A DNA stretch of 64,000 nt from Candidatus Bipolaricaulota bacterium (GCA_040752575.1 JBFMGK010000027.1:24016-88015); one strand, 5' to 3'. Counted from the first letter of the stretch, positions 46,232 to 56,941 are shown. Notes: generated by a model not told the origin, from the sequence alone. Made by a program: numbers and translations.

Positions 46232-48876
46232 CGATCCTCAAATCCCGTCCGCGGATCCTCCTCGGTCTGGAGAGGTTCGGTCTCGAAGGCCGGTGGTGCC
46301 TCCTCACGTCGTGCCTGCGAATGGCGCCGGCGCTCGGGATCGCGTCGAGGCTCCGGTTCGGGCGCTCGATCGGGGGCGGGACGCTTCTCGGGCGCGCGGG
46401 GCTTCGAGTCGCCTTCCGGCTCGATCCGGCGGAGCTTGTAACGTCCGCGCTCGTCGATGTCCAGCACTTCCACCTTCACGCGGTCCCCGGTGCGGACGAT
46501 GTCGGTGACCCTCCGCACGTAGTCCTCGGAAAGGGCCGAGATGTGGATGAGGCCCGTGACGTCGGGCGCCAACTCAACGAAGGCGCCGTAGTCCGTCGTG
46601 TTGGTGACGGTCCCGTCGATGACGTCGCCGGCGTGGACTTCTCGCGCCGGGGTCGAAGTCGGAGCGGCTCGCCGCTCGCTGCCGCCCCCTGCTCCGCGCC
46701 GCGGCCCGCGCTCTCCGCGGTCCCCGCGTTCGCCGCGATCGCGTCGGCCTCGGGGCTCGCGCGGCCGGGCTTCCCCGGTCGGCTCGCCTTCTTCGACGCG
46801 ACGCAGGTCGGGTCGCCCCATCTTGTCTTCGCCGATCACCTCGACGGTCATCTCATCGCCCGGCGCGACGATGTCGCGCACGTTGTCGACGTAGCCCGAC
46901 GAGAGGTTCGAGACGTGGACCAAGCCCTCGCCGCCACCGCGCATCTCGACGAAGGCGCCGAAGTCGACGACGCGGGTTACGCGTGTCTTGAACACCATGC
47001 CGACTTCGAGTTCGGCCGTCAGGTCTTCGATTCGCTGTCGCGCAGCCTCCGCAGCCGGGCCGTCGACCGCGGCGATCCGCACGGTGCCGTCGTCGGCAAT
47101 GTCGATCTCCGCTCCGGTCTCCTCGATGATCTGGCGAATCATCTTGCCGCCCGGGCCGATGACGAGGCCGATCTTCTCCACCGGGATCGTGATCGTGATC
47201 AGCTTGGGCGCGTAGGGTGAGAGCTCCTCCCTCGGCGTTGCGAGGGTCCGCTCCATCTCGTCGAGGATGGCCGTCCGCGCGCGGCGTGCTTGTTCCAGGG
47301 CGCGGCGCAACGTGGCGCTGTCGATCCCGCCGACCTTCACATCGAGCTGGAAACCCGTGACACCGTCTCGGGTTCCTACGACCTTGAAGTCCATGTCGCC
47401 ATGGTGGTCTTCGGAGCCCAGGATGTCGGTCAAGATGACGCGACGCCCGCTGTTCTGCTCCTCGATCATGCCCATCGCTACGCCGGCCACGGGCTTTCGG
47501 ATCGGGACGCCGGCGTCCATCATGGCGAGCGTTGCACTGCACACCGTGGCCATCGACGAAGACCCGTTCGACTCGAGGATCTCTGAGACGATGCGGACCA
47601 CGTACGGGAAGTCCTCCTCGCTCGGGAGAACGGCCTGGAGGGAGTTCTCGGCCAAGTAGCCGTGGCCGATCGATCGGCGGCTCGGCGAGCCGATGCGGCC
47701 GACCTCTCCGACGCTGAACGGCGGGAAGTTGTAATGGAGCATGAACCGCTTGCGGCCGTCCAGCAGCATCTGGTCGATGATCTGTTCGTCCGTGCGGGTA
47801 GCTCCGAGGGTCACGATGCCCAGGCTCTGCGTCTCGCCGCGGGTGAACAGCGACGAGCCGTGCGTGCGCGGGAGAACCCCCACGCGGCAAGTGATCGGGC
47901 GGAGATCCTCGGGGCCGCGGCCGTCGATGCGCACATTCCGGTCGAGGATCTGCTTGCGGGTGAAGTCCTTCAGAAGTCCGTCAACGAGGTTCGACATGCG
48001 CTCCACTGTGGCCGAACTCACCTCGCCGTTGGGCTCTCGTGGGGCGAGTTCTGCTACGGCGCGATCCCGCAGGGCGCCAACGAACTCCCCGCGCCCTTGC
48101 TTCGTTCCGATTTGTAGGAGCGTGGGAAACTCGTTCCAGATGAGCGCGCGAAGCGGATCCAGGAGCGGATCGGCCGCCGGAGGCGTCACCGCGATCTTCT
48201 CCGGTGCGACACGCTCCGCGAACCGCTTCTGTAGCTCGATGATCTGGCGGATGGCCGCGTGCGCGAGCTCGATCGCTTCGACGACCTCGTCTTCTGTGAG
48301 CTCGCTCATCATGCCCTCGACCATCGTGACGGTCCGCTCGGTTCCCGCCACGGTGATGTCCACGCCGCTTTCGGCCTGGACCTCCATGCTGGGATTCACG
48401 ACGAATCGCCCGTTCTCCCGGCCGACCTTGACGCCGGCGATAGGCCCCTGGAACGGGGCGCTCGAGATCATGAGCGCCGCCGATGCGCCGCAGATGGCCA
48501 GGACGCCCGGCGAGCACCCGGGCTCCGCCGAGAGCACGGTGGCGACAATCTGAACCTCTTCGTTGTAGCCGTCCGGGAACAGCGGACGAATGGGGCGATC
48601 GATCATCCGGCCGCTCAGCACGGCCGCGTCGCTCGGCTTTCCTTCCCGTTTGAAGAAGCCTCCCGGGATCTTGCCGCTTGCATAGAAGCGTTCCTCGTAG
48701 TCGACGCGAAGAGGGAAGTAGCCTTGATCTTCCTTGGCCTTTTCGGTCACGACCGTCACGAGGATGTGCGTGTCGCCGTAGGTGGCGAGCACAGCCCCGT
48801 CGGCCTGGCGGGCGAGCTGGCCGGTCTCAAATGCCAGTTCTTTCCCGTTGAACAGAATGCTTTCGCGAATGTACAT
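46225..48876 (-). CDS. pnp: polyribonucleotide nucleotidyltransferase with two S1 domains
   Basis: GKIPGGFFKREG, HGSSLFTRGETQ, ESNGSSSMA, GDMDFKV, KH domain IGPGGK, two S1 domains. Confidence 0.97.
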   Translation of the reverse strand: MYIRESILFNGKELAFETGQLARQADGAVLATYGDTHILVTVVTEKAKEDQGYFPLRVDYEERFYASGKIPGGFFKREGKPSDAAVLSGRMIDRPIRPLFPDGYNEEVQIVATVLSAEPGCSPGVLAICGASAALMISSAPFQGPIAGVKVGRENGRFVVNPSMEVQAESGVDITVAGTERTVTMVEGMMSELTEDEVVEAIELAHAAIRQIIELQKRFAERVAPEKIAVTPPAADPLLDPLRALIWNEFPTLLQIGTKQGRGEFVGALRDRAVAELAPREPNGEVSSATVERMSNLVDGLLKDFTRKQILDRNVRIDGRGPEDLRPITCRVGVLPRTHGSSLFTRGETQSLGIVTLGATRTDEQIIDQMLLDGRKRFMLHYNFPPFSVGEVGRIGSPSRRSIGHGYLAENSLQAVLPSEEDFPYVVRIVSEILESNGSSSMATVCSATLAMMDAGVPIRKPVAGVAMGMIEEQNSGRRVILTDILGSEDHHGDMDFKVVGTRDGVTGFQLDVKVGGIDSATLRRALEQARRARTAILDEMERTLATPREELSPYAPKLITITIPVEKIGLVIGPGGKMIRQIIEETGAEIDIADDGTVRIAAVDGPAAEAARQRIEDLTAELEVGMVFKTRVTRVVDFGAFVEMRGGGEGLVHVSNLSSGYVDNVRDIVAPGDEMTVEVIGEDKMGRPDLRRVEEGEPTGEARPREPRGRRDRGERGDRGERGPRRGAGGGSERRAAPTSTPAREVHAGDVIDGTVTNTTDYGAFVELAPDVTGLIHISALSEDYVRRVTDIVRTGDRVKVEVLDIDERGRYKLRRIEPEGDSKPRAPEKRPAPDRAPEPEPRRDPERRRHSQARREEAPPAFETEPLQTEEDPRTGFEDRW

Positions 48877-48883
48877 GGGTTGT

Positions 48884-49156
48884 TCAGACTCCTCTGATGT
48901 CGAGGCGCTCAAGAAGCGCCTTGTACGCCGAAAGGTCGCGGCGCTTGATGTACTTCAGCAGACGTCGGCGTTGGCCGACGATTCGTCGCAGTCCCCGCTG
49001 GGAACTGAAGTCCTTCTTGTGCCGGTCGAGGTGTTGCGTCAGTTCGTTGACCCGCTCCGTGAGGAGCGCCACTTGCACGGCAGCCGATCCGGTGTCCTTG
49101 TCTCCCTGTCCGAACTCGCGGACGATGTCCGCCTTCTTCTCCGACGTCAAACCCAT
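48884..49156 (-). CDS. rpsO: 30S ribosomal protein S15
   Basis: DTGS..VQVALLT, HKKDFSSQRGL. Confidence 0.97.
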   Translation of the reverse strand: MGLTSEKKADIVREFGQGDKDTGSAAVQVALLTERVNELTQHLDRHKKDFSSQRGLRRIVGQRRRLLKYIKRRDLSAYKALLERLDIRGV

Positions 49157-49213
49157 AGGTTGTCCTCCTCCCACGTCCGAGCGAGGGAGTGTCCTCACGC
49201 CCAGGCGGGGTAG

Positions 49214-50482
49214 CTAGTTGCGTCGCCTCGCGAGGAGGCGGCCGACCTCCGATTGTACCCGCTCTTCGTCGACGGCGAGGACGCGGCGGTCGCGCATCAG
49301 GATCGTGCCGTCTACGATGACGTCGGTGACGTCGGCGGCGGAGGCCGAAAAGGCAAGCCAGCTCGGCGCTTCGTTGAAGGGTATGCCGTGCGGAGTCTTG
49401 AGATCGAGAAGCACGATGTCCGCCACGTCCCCCGCCTGGAGGCGACTCACGGGAAGGCCCAGAGCGTGACGCCCGTCCTCAGTTCCAAGGCGGAGCGCCT
49501 CCGCGGCGGTGAGGCCCCTCACATCCCCTTCGTGGATGCGTGCTGCCAGACAGGCGAACTGCAGCTCGTCCAGCACGTCGAGTCGGTTGTTCGAGGCGGC
49601 GCCGTCCGTTCCGATGGCGACCCTGGCGCCTGCATCCAGGAGCCCGCGAACCGGCGCAAGACCGCTTGCAAGCTTGGCGTTGCTCTTGGGGCAATGGGCG
49701 ACGGCGACGTCCCGGCGGGCCAGGAGCCGTTGCTCTTCGTGGTCTACGTGGACGCAGTGAGCGGCGAGCGTTGGAACGTCGAACGCACCGAGGGACTCCA
49801 AGTAGGCCGGCGGGCGCCGGCCGCGCTCGGCGAGACAATGGGAGACCTCGCCGGCGGTCTCCGACAGGTGCGTGTGCAGACGCAGTCCGCGGTCCCGTGC
49901 GAGCGCGATCGCCTCGCGCCACACGTCTTCCCCGCAGGTTGTGGCGGTGTGCGGACTGACCGCGACGCGGATTCTCCCGCCGGCTGCTCCGTGCCAGCGG
50001 GCAGCGAAGCGGTCGGCTTCCGCGAGTTCCGCCGCACCTCCTTTGGCCATCGAGGGGGCGACGATGCCGTACGACAAGAGCGCGCGAAGACCGCTTTCCT
50101 CGACGGCTCGGGCCACCCCGTCCATGTGGAAATACATGTCGGCAACGGCGACGACGCCAGCCTTTATCGACTCGAGGAGCGCGAGGGATGCGCCCCAATA
50201 GACGTCCTCTTCGGTGAGCGCCTTCTCTTGTGGCCAGATGTGGTGCTCGAGCCACGCCCCGAGCGGGGCGTCGTCCGCCGTGCCGCGCAGGAGCACCATT
50301 GCGAGATGCGTGTGCGCGTTGACGAAGCCGGGGAGCGCGAGTTTGCCGCGCCCGTCGAGGACCTGCGCGTCGGCCGGCCAGCCGGTTGGCTCTCCGATGC
50401 GTTCGATCCTCCCGTCCTGGACCCTCACGGACACGGGGTCGATCCGATCGGGGAGAAGAACGTCCTTCAGCGTAACCGCCAC
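49214..50482 (-). CDS. mtaD: amidohydrolase, MTA/SAH deaminase-like
   Basis: PGFVNAHTH, HTHLSET, HCPKSNAKLASG, GTDGAASNN; start approximate. Confidence 0.75.
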   Translation of the reverse strand: MAVTLKDVLLPDRIDPVSVRVQDGRIERIGEPTGWPADAQVLDGRGKLALPGFVNAHTHLAMVLLRGTADDAPLGAWLEHHIWPQEKALTEEDVYWGASLALLESIKAGVVAVADMYFHMDGVARAVEESGLRALLSYGIVAPSMAKGGAAELAEADRFAARWHGAAGGRIRVAVSPHTATTCGEDVWREAIALARDRGLRLHTHLSETAGEVSHCLAERGRRPPAYLESLGAFDVPTLAAHCVHVDHEEQRLLARRDVAVAHCPKSNAKLASGLAPVRGLLDAGARVAIGTDGAASNNRLDVLDELQFACLAARIHEGDVRGLTAAEALRLGTEDGRHALGLPVSRLQAGDVADIVLLDLKTPHGIPFNEAPSWLAFSASAADVTDVIVDGTILMRDRRVLAVDEERVQSEVGRLLARRRN

Positions 50483-50577
50483 GGAGACCACCTTCCCTGT
50501 GCGAGCAGTGTACGCCCGCCGGGCTACTACGGCACGGGTGAGGTGGACGCACGACTGCAGAAAAGGTAATGTAACAC

Positions 50578-50946
50578 ATGGAGACAAAAAAGGACCTCGG
50601 ACAAGAGGGGGAAGACGAGGCGTGTCGTGTCCTCCGCTCTGCCGGTTACGAGATCGTTGCGAGGAACTGGCGGAGTCGCTTCGGAGAACTCGATGTCGTC
50701 GCGCGGGAGGGCGACGTGCTGGTGTTCGTCGAGGTTAAGTCGAGAGCGGATCCGAGCTACGGCGGCCCGGAGGCGGCGGTCGGCCGCCGGAAGCAGCGTC
50801 GACTGATCGCCGCAGCGAAAGGGTTTCTGGCGGCAACGGGTTGCGAGCTGGCAGCGCGATTCGACGTGGTGGCCATGGAAGGGGAGACCGTGAGGATCGT
50901 CCGCGACGCGTTCCAGGTGGACGACGATGATTGGGCGGCTCACTAG
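50578..50946 (+). CDS. yraN: YraN family endonuclease-like protein
   Basis: RNWR..GELDVVA, FVEVK.R, RFDVV. Confidence 0.9.
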   Translation: METKKDLGQEGEDEACRVLRSAGYEIVARNWRSRFGELDVVAREGDVLVFVEVKSRADPSYGGPEAAVGRRKQRRLIAAAKGFLAATGCELAARFDVVAMEGETVRIVRDAFQVDDDDWAAH

Positions 50947-52456
50947 CGGAGCCGTGCTGGGGGTCGAGGCGCGGCTCATTGACGTCCAATGCGATGTCGC
51001 CGGCGGATTGCCGTCGTTCCAGATCGTCGGCCTGCCCGACAAGGAGGTCTCCGAGAGCCGCGAGCGGATCCGAAGTGCGATTCGCAACGGGGGATTCTCA
51101 TTCCCTGCCGGACGCGTGACGGCCAATCTAGCTCCGGCCGATCTGCGCAAGAGTGGGGTGGCGTTCGATCTTGCGCTTGCGCTGGCGATCCTCATCGCGT
51201 CCGGGCAGCTCCCGCCGATCGCGCGCAGGGCTCTCGTAGTGGGGGAACTCGCCCTGACGGGAGGCGTCGAGGCAGTTCCCGGCGTCTTGCCGCTCACGCT
51301 CGAGGCTCGCGCTGCAGGTCTGGATGCCGTTCTCGTGCCGCCCGACAACGCGGCCGAGGCCGCGCTGGTGCAAGGGATCTCCGTCTTCGCCGTGCAGTCG
51401 CTCGAAGAGGCGGCGGTGACCATGATGGACTCGAGCTCGCTCGCGCCGTACTGCGCTCCGCCTCGATCCGAGGAGTCGCCACCTCCGATCCGCAACGATC
51501 TGCGAGAGGTCCGCGGGCAGATCGCGGCCAAGCGAGCGCTCGAGATTGCCGCGGCGGGCGGGCACAACCTTCTCTTGATCGGCACGCCGGGCGCGGGGAA
51601 GAGCATGCTGGCGCGGTGTCTGCCGGACCTGCTGCCGCCGCTCACGTTCGACGAAGCCCTTGATGTGACGCGGATCTACAGCGTGGCCGGGCTCCTGCCG
51701 CGCGGCGCGTCGCTGGTGCGCGAGCGGCCGTTTCGTGCTCCGCATCAGACCATCTCCTATGCCGGCATGGTGGGAGGAGGACATGGCGTGCCCGGTCCGG
51801 GCGAGATCAGCCTCGCGCATCGCGGCGTGCTCTTCCTCGACGAGATTCCCGAGTTCGACCGCAGTGTGCTCGAGACGCTGCGTCAGCCGCTCGAAGACCA
51901 GTGGGTGCTCTTGGCACGCGCAGGGATGTCCGTTCGCTTTCCCTCGTCGTTCGCGCTGGTCGCCGCGATGAATCCCTGTCCGTGTGGTCATCTGGGGGAC
52001 GAAAGCCGGCCGTGCACGTGCTCGCCGCACGAGATCCGGCGCTACCGGCAAAGACTGTCGGGACCGCTGCTCGATCGCATCGATCTGACCGTGGACGTTC
52101 CGCGGCTGTCGGCGGACGAGCTGCTGGGGGCTCCGTCGGGCGAATCGACGGTGCAGGTCCGCGAGCGCGTGCTCGCCGCGCGTCGGGTCCAATGGGCACG
52201 GCAGGCAGTGGCCGGAGTTCCGGACAACGCGCGGCTGGGGACCGAGGCGTTGCGGAGATTCTGCCGCCTCAGTCCCGAAGGGCAGACGCTGTTGCGACGG
52301 GCGATTGTGAGGCTGTCGCTGACGGGAAGAGGGCATGCCCGTGTGCTACGGGTGGCGCGGACGATTGCCGACCTCGACGGAAAGGGGGACATCGAACCGG
52401 CGCACCTTGCGGAGGCGCTGCGATACCGTGGCAGCGTGGCGCAGGCCGACGCGTGA
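50927..52456 (+). CDS. comM: YifB/ComM Mg-chelatase-like AAA+ ATPase
   Basis: VGLPD..V.ESRER, G.PGAGKSM, GVLFLDE, NPCPCG, SGPLLDRID. Confidence 0.9.
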   Translation: MIGRLTSGAVLGVEARLIDVQCDVAGGLPSFQIVGLPDKEVSESRERIRSAIRNGGFSFPAGRVTANLAPADLRKSGVAFDLALALAILIASGQLPPIARRALVVGELALTGGVEAVPGVLPLTLEARAAGLDAVLVPPDNAAEAALVQGISVFAVQSLEEAAVTMMDSSSLAPYCAPPRSEESPPPIRNDLREVRGQIAAKRALEIAAAGGHNLLLIGTPGAGKSMLARCLPDLLPPLTFDEALDVTRIYSVAGLLPRGASLVRERPFRAPHQTISYAGMVGGGHGVPGPGEISLAHRGVLFLDEIPEFDRSVLETLRQPLEDQWVLLARAGMSVRFPSSFALVAAMNPCPCGHLGDESRPCTCSPHEIRRYRQRLSGPLLDRIDLTVDVPRLSADELLGAPSGESTVQVRERVLAARRVQWARQAVAGVPDNARLGTEALRRFCRLSPEGQTLLRRAIVRLSLTGRGHARVLRVARTIADLDGKGDIEPAHLAEALRYRGSVAQADA

Positions 52457-52581
52457 CGTCGAGGACTCGCGGATTCACCAAAACCACACAGCGGCCGAGT
52501 ACGGTTCGGCACTGGAAACCCTAGGGGGTTCGCAGGATACTCAGCAAGCTGGGCCCCTTTGTGCCTTGCGAGGAGGACTGG

Positions 52582-54774
52582 ATGAAGAGACGCGGTTTGG
52601 CGACGGCGGTCGCCCTCGCCTCGCTCGTTGGACTGGCGGGCGTTCTGACCGTCGGCGCGCAGGACTCGACGTTCCCGCTGACTCTCACGTCGGTCACGGT
52701 CGAGGGAAACCAGAAGATCCGTTCTCGGGAGATCCTCGAAGCCGCCGGCTTGAGCGTCGGAGATGTCCTGCGCGATCAGGCGCAGCTCCAGGAGGCTTCG
52801 CAGGCGGTCTTCGACCTTGGATGGTTTGGCGAGGTCTTGCCCGCCATCGGCGACGGCGGGCGGCTGACCTTCCGCGTCGCGGAGAATCCCGTGATCGAGC
52901 GGATCGTCGTTCGTGGAAACAACTACCGCAAGCCGTTCACGATCTTCGGCTTCGAGCTGACGCGCACGCAGGCGATGCCGACGTGGAAGGTGAAGCAGAT
53001 CCTTCGCGAGCACGACATTCGCGCCGGATCGGTCCCGCGGGCGCGCGACCTCCAGGCTGCGCTTGAGGAGGTCGTGCAGACCTACAAAGACAGAGGATAC
53101 ATCCTGGTTATGGTCGGCGACGTGAAACTTGACTCGGTGTTGTCCATCGAGCTCATCGAGGGTCGGCTTGCAGGCAATCGCGTGTCCGGGCTGGTCACCG
53201 TGCCCGAGGACGTGGCGTTGGGCATGATGTCGTTGCCAATGTACCGCCCGCTCATGCAGAGCGACCTCCAGGAGGTCATGACGCGGCTCACGCAGTCGGT
53301 GTACTTCGAGGACGTTCGCGTCGACCCGGCTCAAGGGCCGACGCGAGACAGCGTGTACCTCGACTGGACGCTGACCGAACGCATGTTGCTCGAGTCTCCC
53401 CGGGCCGTGTCCTGGGTGCGAGTCCAAGGAGTGACGCAGTTCCCGCGGACGGTCGCGCAGAACGAAGTGGGGTACGTCTCGGGCGACGCCGTGGACAACT
53501 ACGCTCTCCTGAAGGCGCTCGAGGGCGTTCAGCGGCTCTACCGCGACGCCGGATTCGTCATGGCGAGACCAAAGCTTGCCGGGTTCGACGGCGACGTCGC
53601 GCTCATCGAGATCGAGGAGGGCGTGGTCGCGGAGATCGTGCTCGAGACGACCTCGGCCACTCGGCGTCGCGTGCTCGAGAAGACCCTGGACATTGAAGTC
53701 GGCAGGATCCTGACGCGGCATGACCTTCAAGTCTCCTACCAGGCGCTCAACGCGCTCGGCTACTTCAGGGACATCCTCATGGAGCCGGAGTGGGGCGAAA
53801 GCGGCGTGCGAGTTGTCGTGGGGATCACCGACCAGTCGAAGCTCGGCGGGATGAACGGCTCGGTCGCGTTCGAGCCGACGACGGGCGGAATCGTCGGCGA
53901 CCTGACCGTGAAGCAGCGGAATCTGTTCGGCACGGGGCAGGACGTATCGCTGAGCTATCAGCGAGGCATGTCACCCGAGGGCGTTCTCGAAACCAGCACG
54001 TGGGATCTCGGGTACACAACCCTGGCAACGCGAACGGATTTCGACCGCATCGCTCTCGACCTCTACCGAAAGACGGATCTCGTCAAAGAGGACGACGCGG
54101 AGAAGACGGTTCTTACGCTTGGCGCCAACGTTGAGTTTCGCTATCCGATTGCCGACTACACGGACCTCGCGATCGCCTATCGCCACGACGTCGAGCGGCC
54201 GCTCGACGTCACGACGTGGTCCCTCGTCGACGCCATCGTGCTTTCCGTCGACCAGGACTCCAGCGACGACCTCCTCTTTCCCCATCGTGGGGCGCGACGC
54301 GTTCTGTCGCTCGAGAAGGCGGGAGGCTTCGCGGTCGGCAAGGAGTACGCCAAGCTGGATGCGACGTGGATTGAGTTCGTTCCGCTGTACGGCGACTTCC
54401 TCTCTCGCGTGGAGAGAACCTTCGCCGTACGGCTCAAGCTCGGATTCGGAGGGGAAGGCCTCTCCGGCGCGCAGGCCTACCAACTTGGGGGGCCGACGAG
54501 CGTGCGGGGAGCCGAGACAAGGTCGGTGCGATCCCTTGCGCTGGCGAACGCGGAGTACCGCCTCACGTTGACCGACGGGTTGGCCGTGCATGCGTTCCTG
54601 GACCTTGGAGTGGATCCCGGAACCCTACGCCGGGAAGACATCCTCGCCTCGTCCGGGCTGGAAATCGCCATGCTTGCCGCGGGCGTCTATGTGCGCCTGG
54701 ATGTCGTATGGCTGCTCGGCCGAGACGCAAGCTGGGTGCCCACGTTTGAGTTCGGTTTCGGACCGATGTTCTGA
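52582..54774 (+). CDS. bamA: Omp85/BamA-family outer membrane protein
   Basis: Signal peptide, POTRA-like repeats, RNLFGTGQ, GG..SVRG, terminal Phe. Confidence 0.8.
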   Translation: MKRRGLATAVALASLVGLAGVLTVGAQDSTFPLTLTSVTVEGNQKIRSREILEAAGLSVGDVLRDQAQLQEASQAVFDLGWFGEVLPAIGDGGRLTFRVAENPVIERIVVRGNNYRKPFTIFGFELTRTQAMPTWKVKQILREHDIRAGSVPRARDLQAALEEVVQTYKDRGYILVMVGDVKLDSVLSIELIEGRLAGNRVSGLVTVPEDVALGMMSLPMYRPLMQSDLQEVMTRLTQSVYFEDVRVDPAQGPTRDSVYLDWTLTERMLLESPRAVSWVRVQGVTQFPRTVAQNEVGYVSGDAVDNYALLKALEGVQRLYRDAGFVMARPKLAGFDGDVALIEIEEGVVAEIVLETTSATRRRVLEKTLDIEVGRILTRHDLQVSYQALNALGYFRDILMEPEWGESGVRVVVGITDQSKLGGMNGSVAFEPTTGGIVGDLTVKQRNLFGTGQDVSLSYQRGMSPEGVLETSTWDLGYTTLATRTDFDRIALDLYRKTDLVKEDDAEKTVLTLGANVEFRYPIADYTDLAIAYRHDVERPLDVTTWSLVDAIVLSVDQDSSDDLLFPHRGARRVLSLEKAGGFAVGKEYAKLDATWIEFVPLYGDFLSRVERTFAVRLKLGFGGEGLSGAQAYQLGGPTSVRGAETRSVRSLALANAEYRLTLTDGLAVHAFLDLGVDPGTLRREDILASSGLEIAMLAAGVYVRLDVVWLLGRDASWVPTFEFGFGPMF

Positions 54775-54847
54775 TGACGCCCGGGACGGCAATGAGCTAC
54801 ACTCGCCGTGTTGCAGAAGAGGGGATGGAGTCGTAAGGAGGAAGGGT

Positions 54848-55597
54848 ATGACGCGGGTTTCTCTTGTTCTTGGAGCCGTGGCGCTGGTTCTCGCAGCGGG
54901 TGCACTCGTCCTGCATTTCGCAACGTCATCGGGAGCCGGGGGCGTTAGTCCTGCGGATCTGAATGCGCTTGCGGCTCGCGTGAGTTCGCTCGAGGCCTCA
55001 GGGGTCTCGGGCCAGTCCTTGAAGGTCGGCTACATCGACGTCGACGCGGCCTTCGTCGTGTTCACCAACGCGGTGAGCGACCTTCGAGAGCGGTCGACGC
55101 AGAAGCGCAACGAGATCGTGACACTCCAGAACTCCTACCTCGAGGGCACGGTCTCCAAGGATCAGTACCAGCGGCGACTGAACGAGCTGAACACTGAGCT
55201 GCTCGATGCCCAGCTCGCGTCCGACGTCGGGACGCTCGATCGGATGATCGCTTCCTCCTCCTTTGCCGACCTGCGGTCGGACCTGCAGAGGCTGCGCGAG
55301 CAGGCGCAGTCGATCGTCGACGAGGCCAAGAATCTCGTATCGATGGCCAAGGGTGGCGCGATCGATCCTACCGAGTTTCAGAGCCGGCTCGCGCAGGTGC
55401 AGAGCGCCTTCACGCAGCTCGACCAGGTCGTGACGACGGCGGCGGTCGCCAAGATCCAGCAAGCGGCGCAGCGCGTGGCGATCCAGCGGGGCTTCGACCT
55501 TGTCGTTGCGAAGAAGAACGTGATCGCCTACAGCGATCCGTCCGCCGTGACCGACATCACGGAGTTTGTGAAGACCGAGATCGCCAACTATCTCTAG
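54848..55597 (+). CDS. OmpH/Skp-family chaperone, elongated
   Basis: KVGYID N-terminus, coiled coil, GFDLVV...DIT C-terminus; follows bamA. Confidence 0.8.
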   Translation: MTRVSLVLGAVALVLAAGALVLHFATSSGAGGVSPADLNALAARVSSLEASGVSGQSLKVGYIDVDAAFVVFTNAVSDLRERSTQKRNEIVTLQNSYLEGTVSKDQYQRRLNELNTELLDAQLASDVGTLDRMIASSSFADLRSDLQRLREQAQSIVDEAKNLVSMAKGGAIDPTEFQSRLAQVQSAFTQLDQVVTTAAVAKIQQAAQRVAIQRGFDLVVAKKNVIAYSDPSAVTDITEFVKTEIANYL

Positions 55598-55619
55598 TCG
55601 TCGCGAGGCAGGCGGAGCG

Positions 55620-56060
55620 ATGCGTGACATCGAGGAGATCCGGCGGATTCTGCCGCTGCGGTTTCCGTACCTGATGATCGACCGCGTGATCGAGGAGGAA
55701 CCCGGTCGCGTGGTTGCGCTGAAGAACGTCACGATCGGTGAGCCTTTCTTTCAGGGGCATTTCCCCGAGCCGCTCCCCGCGGTGATGCCGGGGACGCTGA
55801 TCCTTGAGGCAATGGCCCAGACGGCGGCCTTCTTGCTGACGCGCGACGCGGGTGGGGAAGGCTACTTGATCGCCGTGGATGCGGCGCGATTCCGCCGGCG
55901 AGTGACGCCCGGAGACCAGCTTCGACTCGAGGCGGTCGTGACAAGGCGGCGGGCGAGCCTCGTTCAGGCCGACGTCGTCGCGACGGTCGGTGGCGAGCGC
56001 GCGGCTTCAGCCACGATCTCGCTTCTCGCGCGCGGCGGGGAGGTTGTCGAGGACGCTTGA
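55620..56060 (+). CDS. fabZ: 3-hydroxyacyl-ACP dehydratase
   Basis: KNVT..EPFFQGHFP, MPG.LILEAMAQ. Confidence 0.95.
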   Translation: MRDIEEIRRILPLRFPYLMIDRVIEEEPGRVVALKNVTIGEPFFQGHFPEPLPAVMPGTLILEAMAQTAAFLLTRDAGGEGYLIAVDAARFRRRVTPGDQLRLEAVVTRRRASLVQADVVATVGGERAASATISLLARGGEVVEDA

Positions 56061-56941
56061 TCGAGTGTGTTCCCAATCTGAGTGAAGGTCGAGATGCGGC
56101 GGCGGTCGAGCGGATCGCCGCCGCATGCCGTATTCCGGGCGTGCGGCAGCTGGACGTTCACAGCGACGCGGATCATCACCGGACGGTTCTGACGTTGGTG
56201 GGAGACGCAGATCCGCTCGAAACGTGCATCGTTGCACTGGCCCAGTCCGCGCAACGGGAGATCGATCTCCGAAGGCACGCGGGCGTTCACCCGCGCGTGG
56301 GTGCACTGGATGTCGTCCCGTTCGTTCCTTTGGGGCGCGAGTCGATGAGGGTATGCGCGGATCTGGCGCGCCGAGTCGGCGAGCGCATCGCGCGCGAGAC
56401 GGGAATCCCCGTGTTTCTGTATGGGCGGGCCGCGGAGCCGCCGGACTCCATGACGCTGGCGCAGTTGCGGCGCGGCGGGCTTGCTGGACTCGCGGGACGG
56501 ATGGAGCGAGGCGAGACGCGTCCCGACTATGGGGTCGAGCTTCATCCCACAGCGGGCGCCGTGGCGGTGGGGGCGCGCGGGCTTCTCGTCGCCTACAATG
56601 TGTGCCTGGCCACGCGCGATCTGGAGCTTGCTCGGCGGATCGCGCGCTCGGTTCGCGCGACGGAAGGCGGGCTGGCCGGCGTCCAGGCGTTGGCGCTTGC
56701 ACTGCCTCGTCGTCGGATGATCCAGATCTCGATGAACCTCACAGACCCCGAGGCGACGAGCCTTTCGAACGCGTTCGAGGCCGTCGCGGCATGTGCCGCG
56801 GACGCGGGCGTCGCCGTTCACTCGAGCGAGATCGTGGGGCTTGCCCCGACCTGGTCGATCGGTCCGCTCGATGCGCGGGCCCTGCGGCTCGAGGAGCCCC
56901 TGGAGGGGAAGCTGCTCGAGCGGCGGCTGGAGGCGGCGTGA
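56057..56941 (+). CDS. ftcD: glutamate formimidoyltransferase
   Basis: ECVPN.SEGR, DADHHRTV, HPRVGALDVVPF, QISMNL. Confidence 0.9.
   Translation: MIECVPNLSEGRDAAAVERIAAACRIPGVRQLDVHSDADHHRTVLTLVGDADPLETCIVALAQSAQREIDLRRHAGVHPRVGALDVVPFVPLGRESMRVCADLARRVGERIARETGIPVFLYGRAAEPPDSMTLAQLRRGGLAGLAGRMERGETRPDYGVELHPTAGAVAVGARGLLVAYNVCLATRDLELARRIARSVRATEGGLAGVQALALALPRRRMIQISMNLTDPEATSLSNAFEAVAACAADAGVAVHSSEIVGLAPTWSIGPLDARALRLEEPLEGKLLERRLEAA

Noticed and set aside
49157..49213. S15 autoregulatory leader RNA upstream of rpsO
   Set aside because: Only an imperfect hairpin is visible; cannot be supported without a covariance search.
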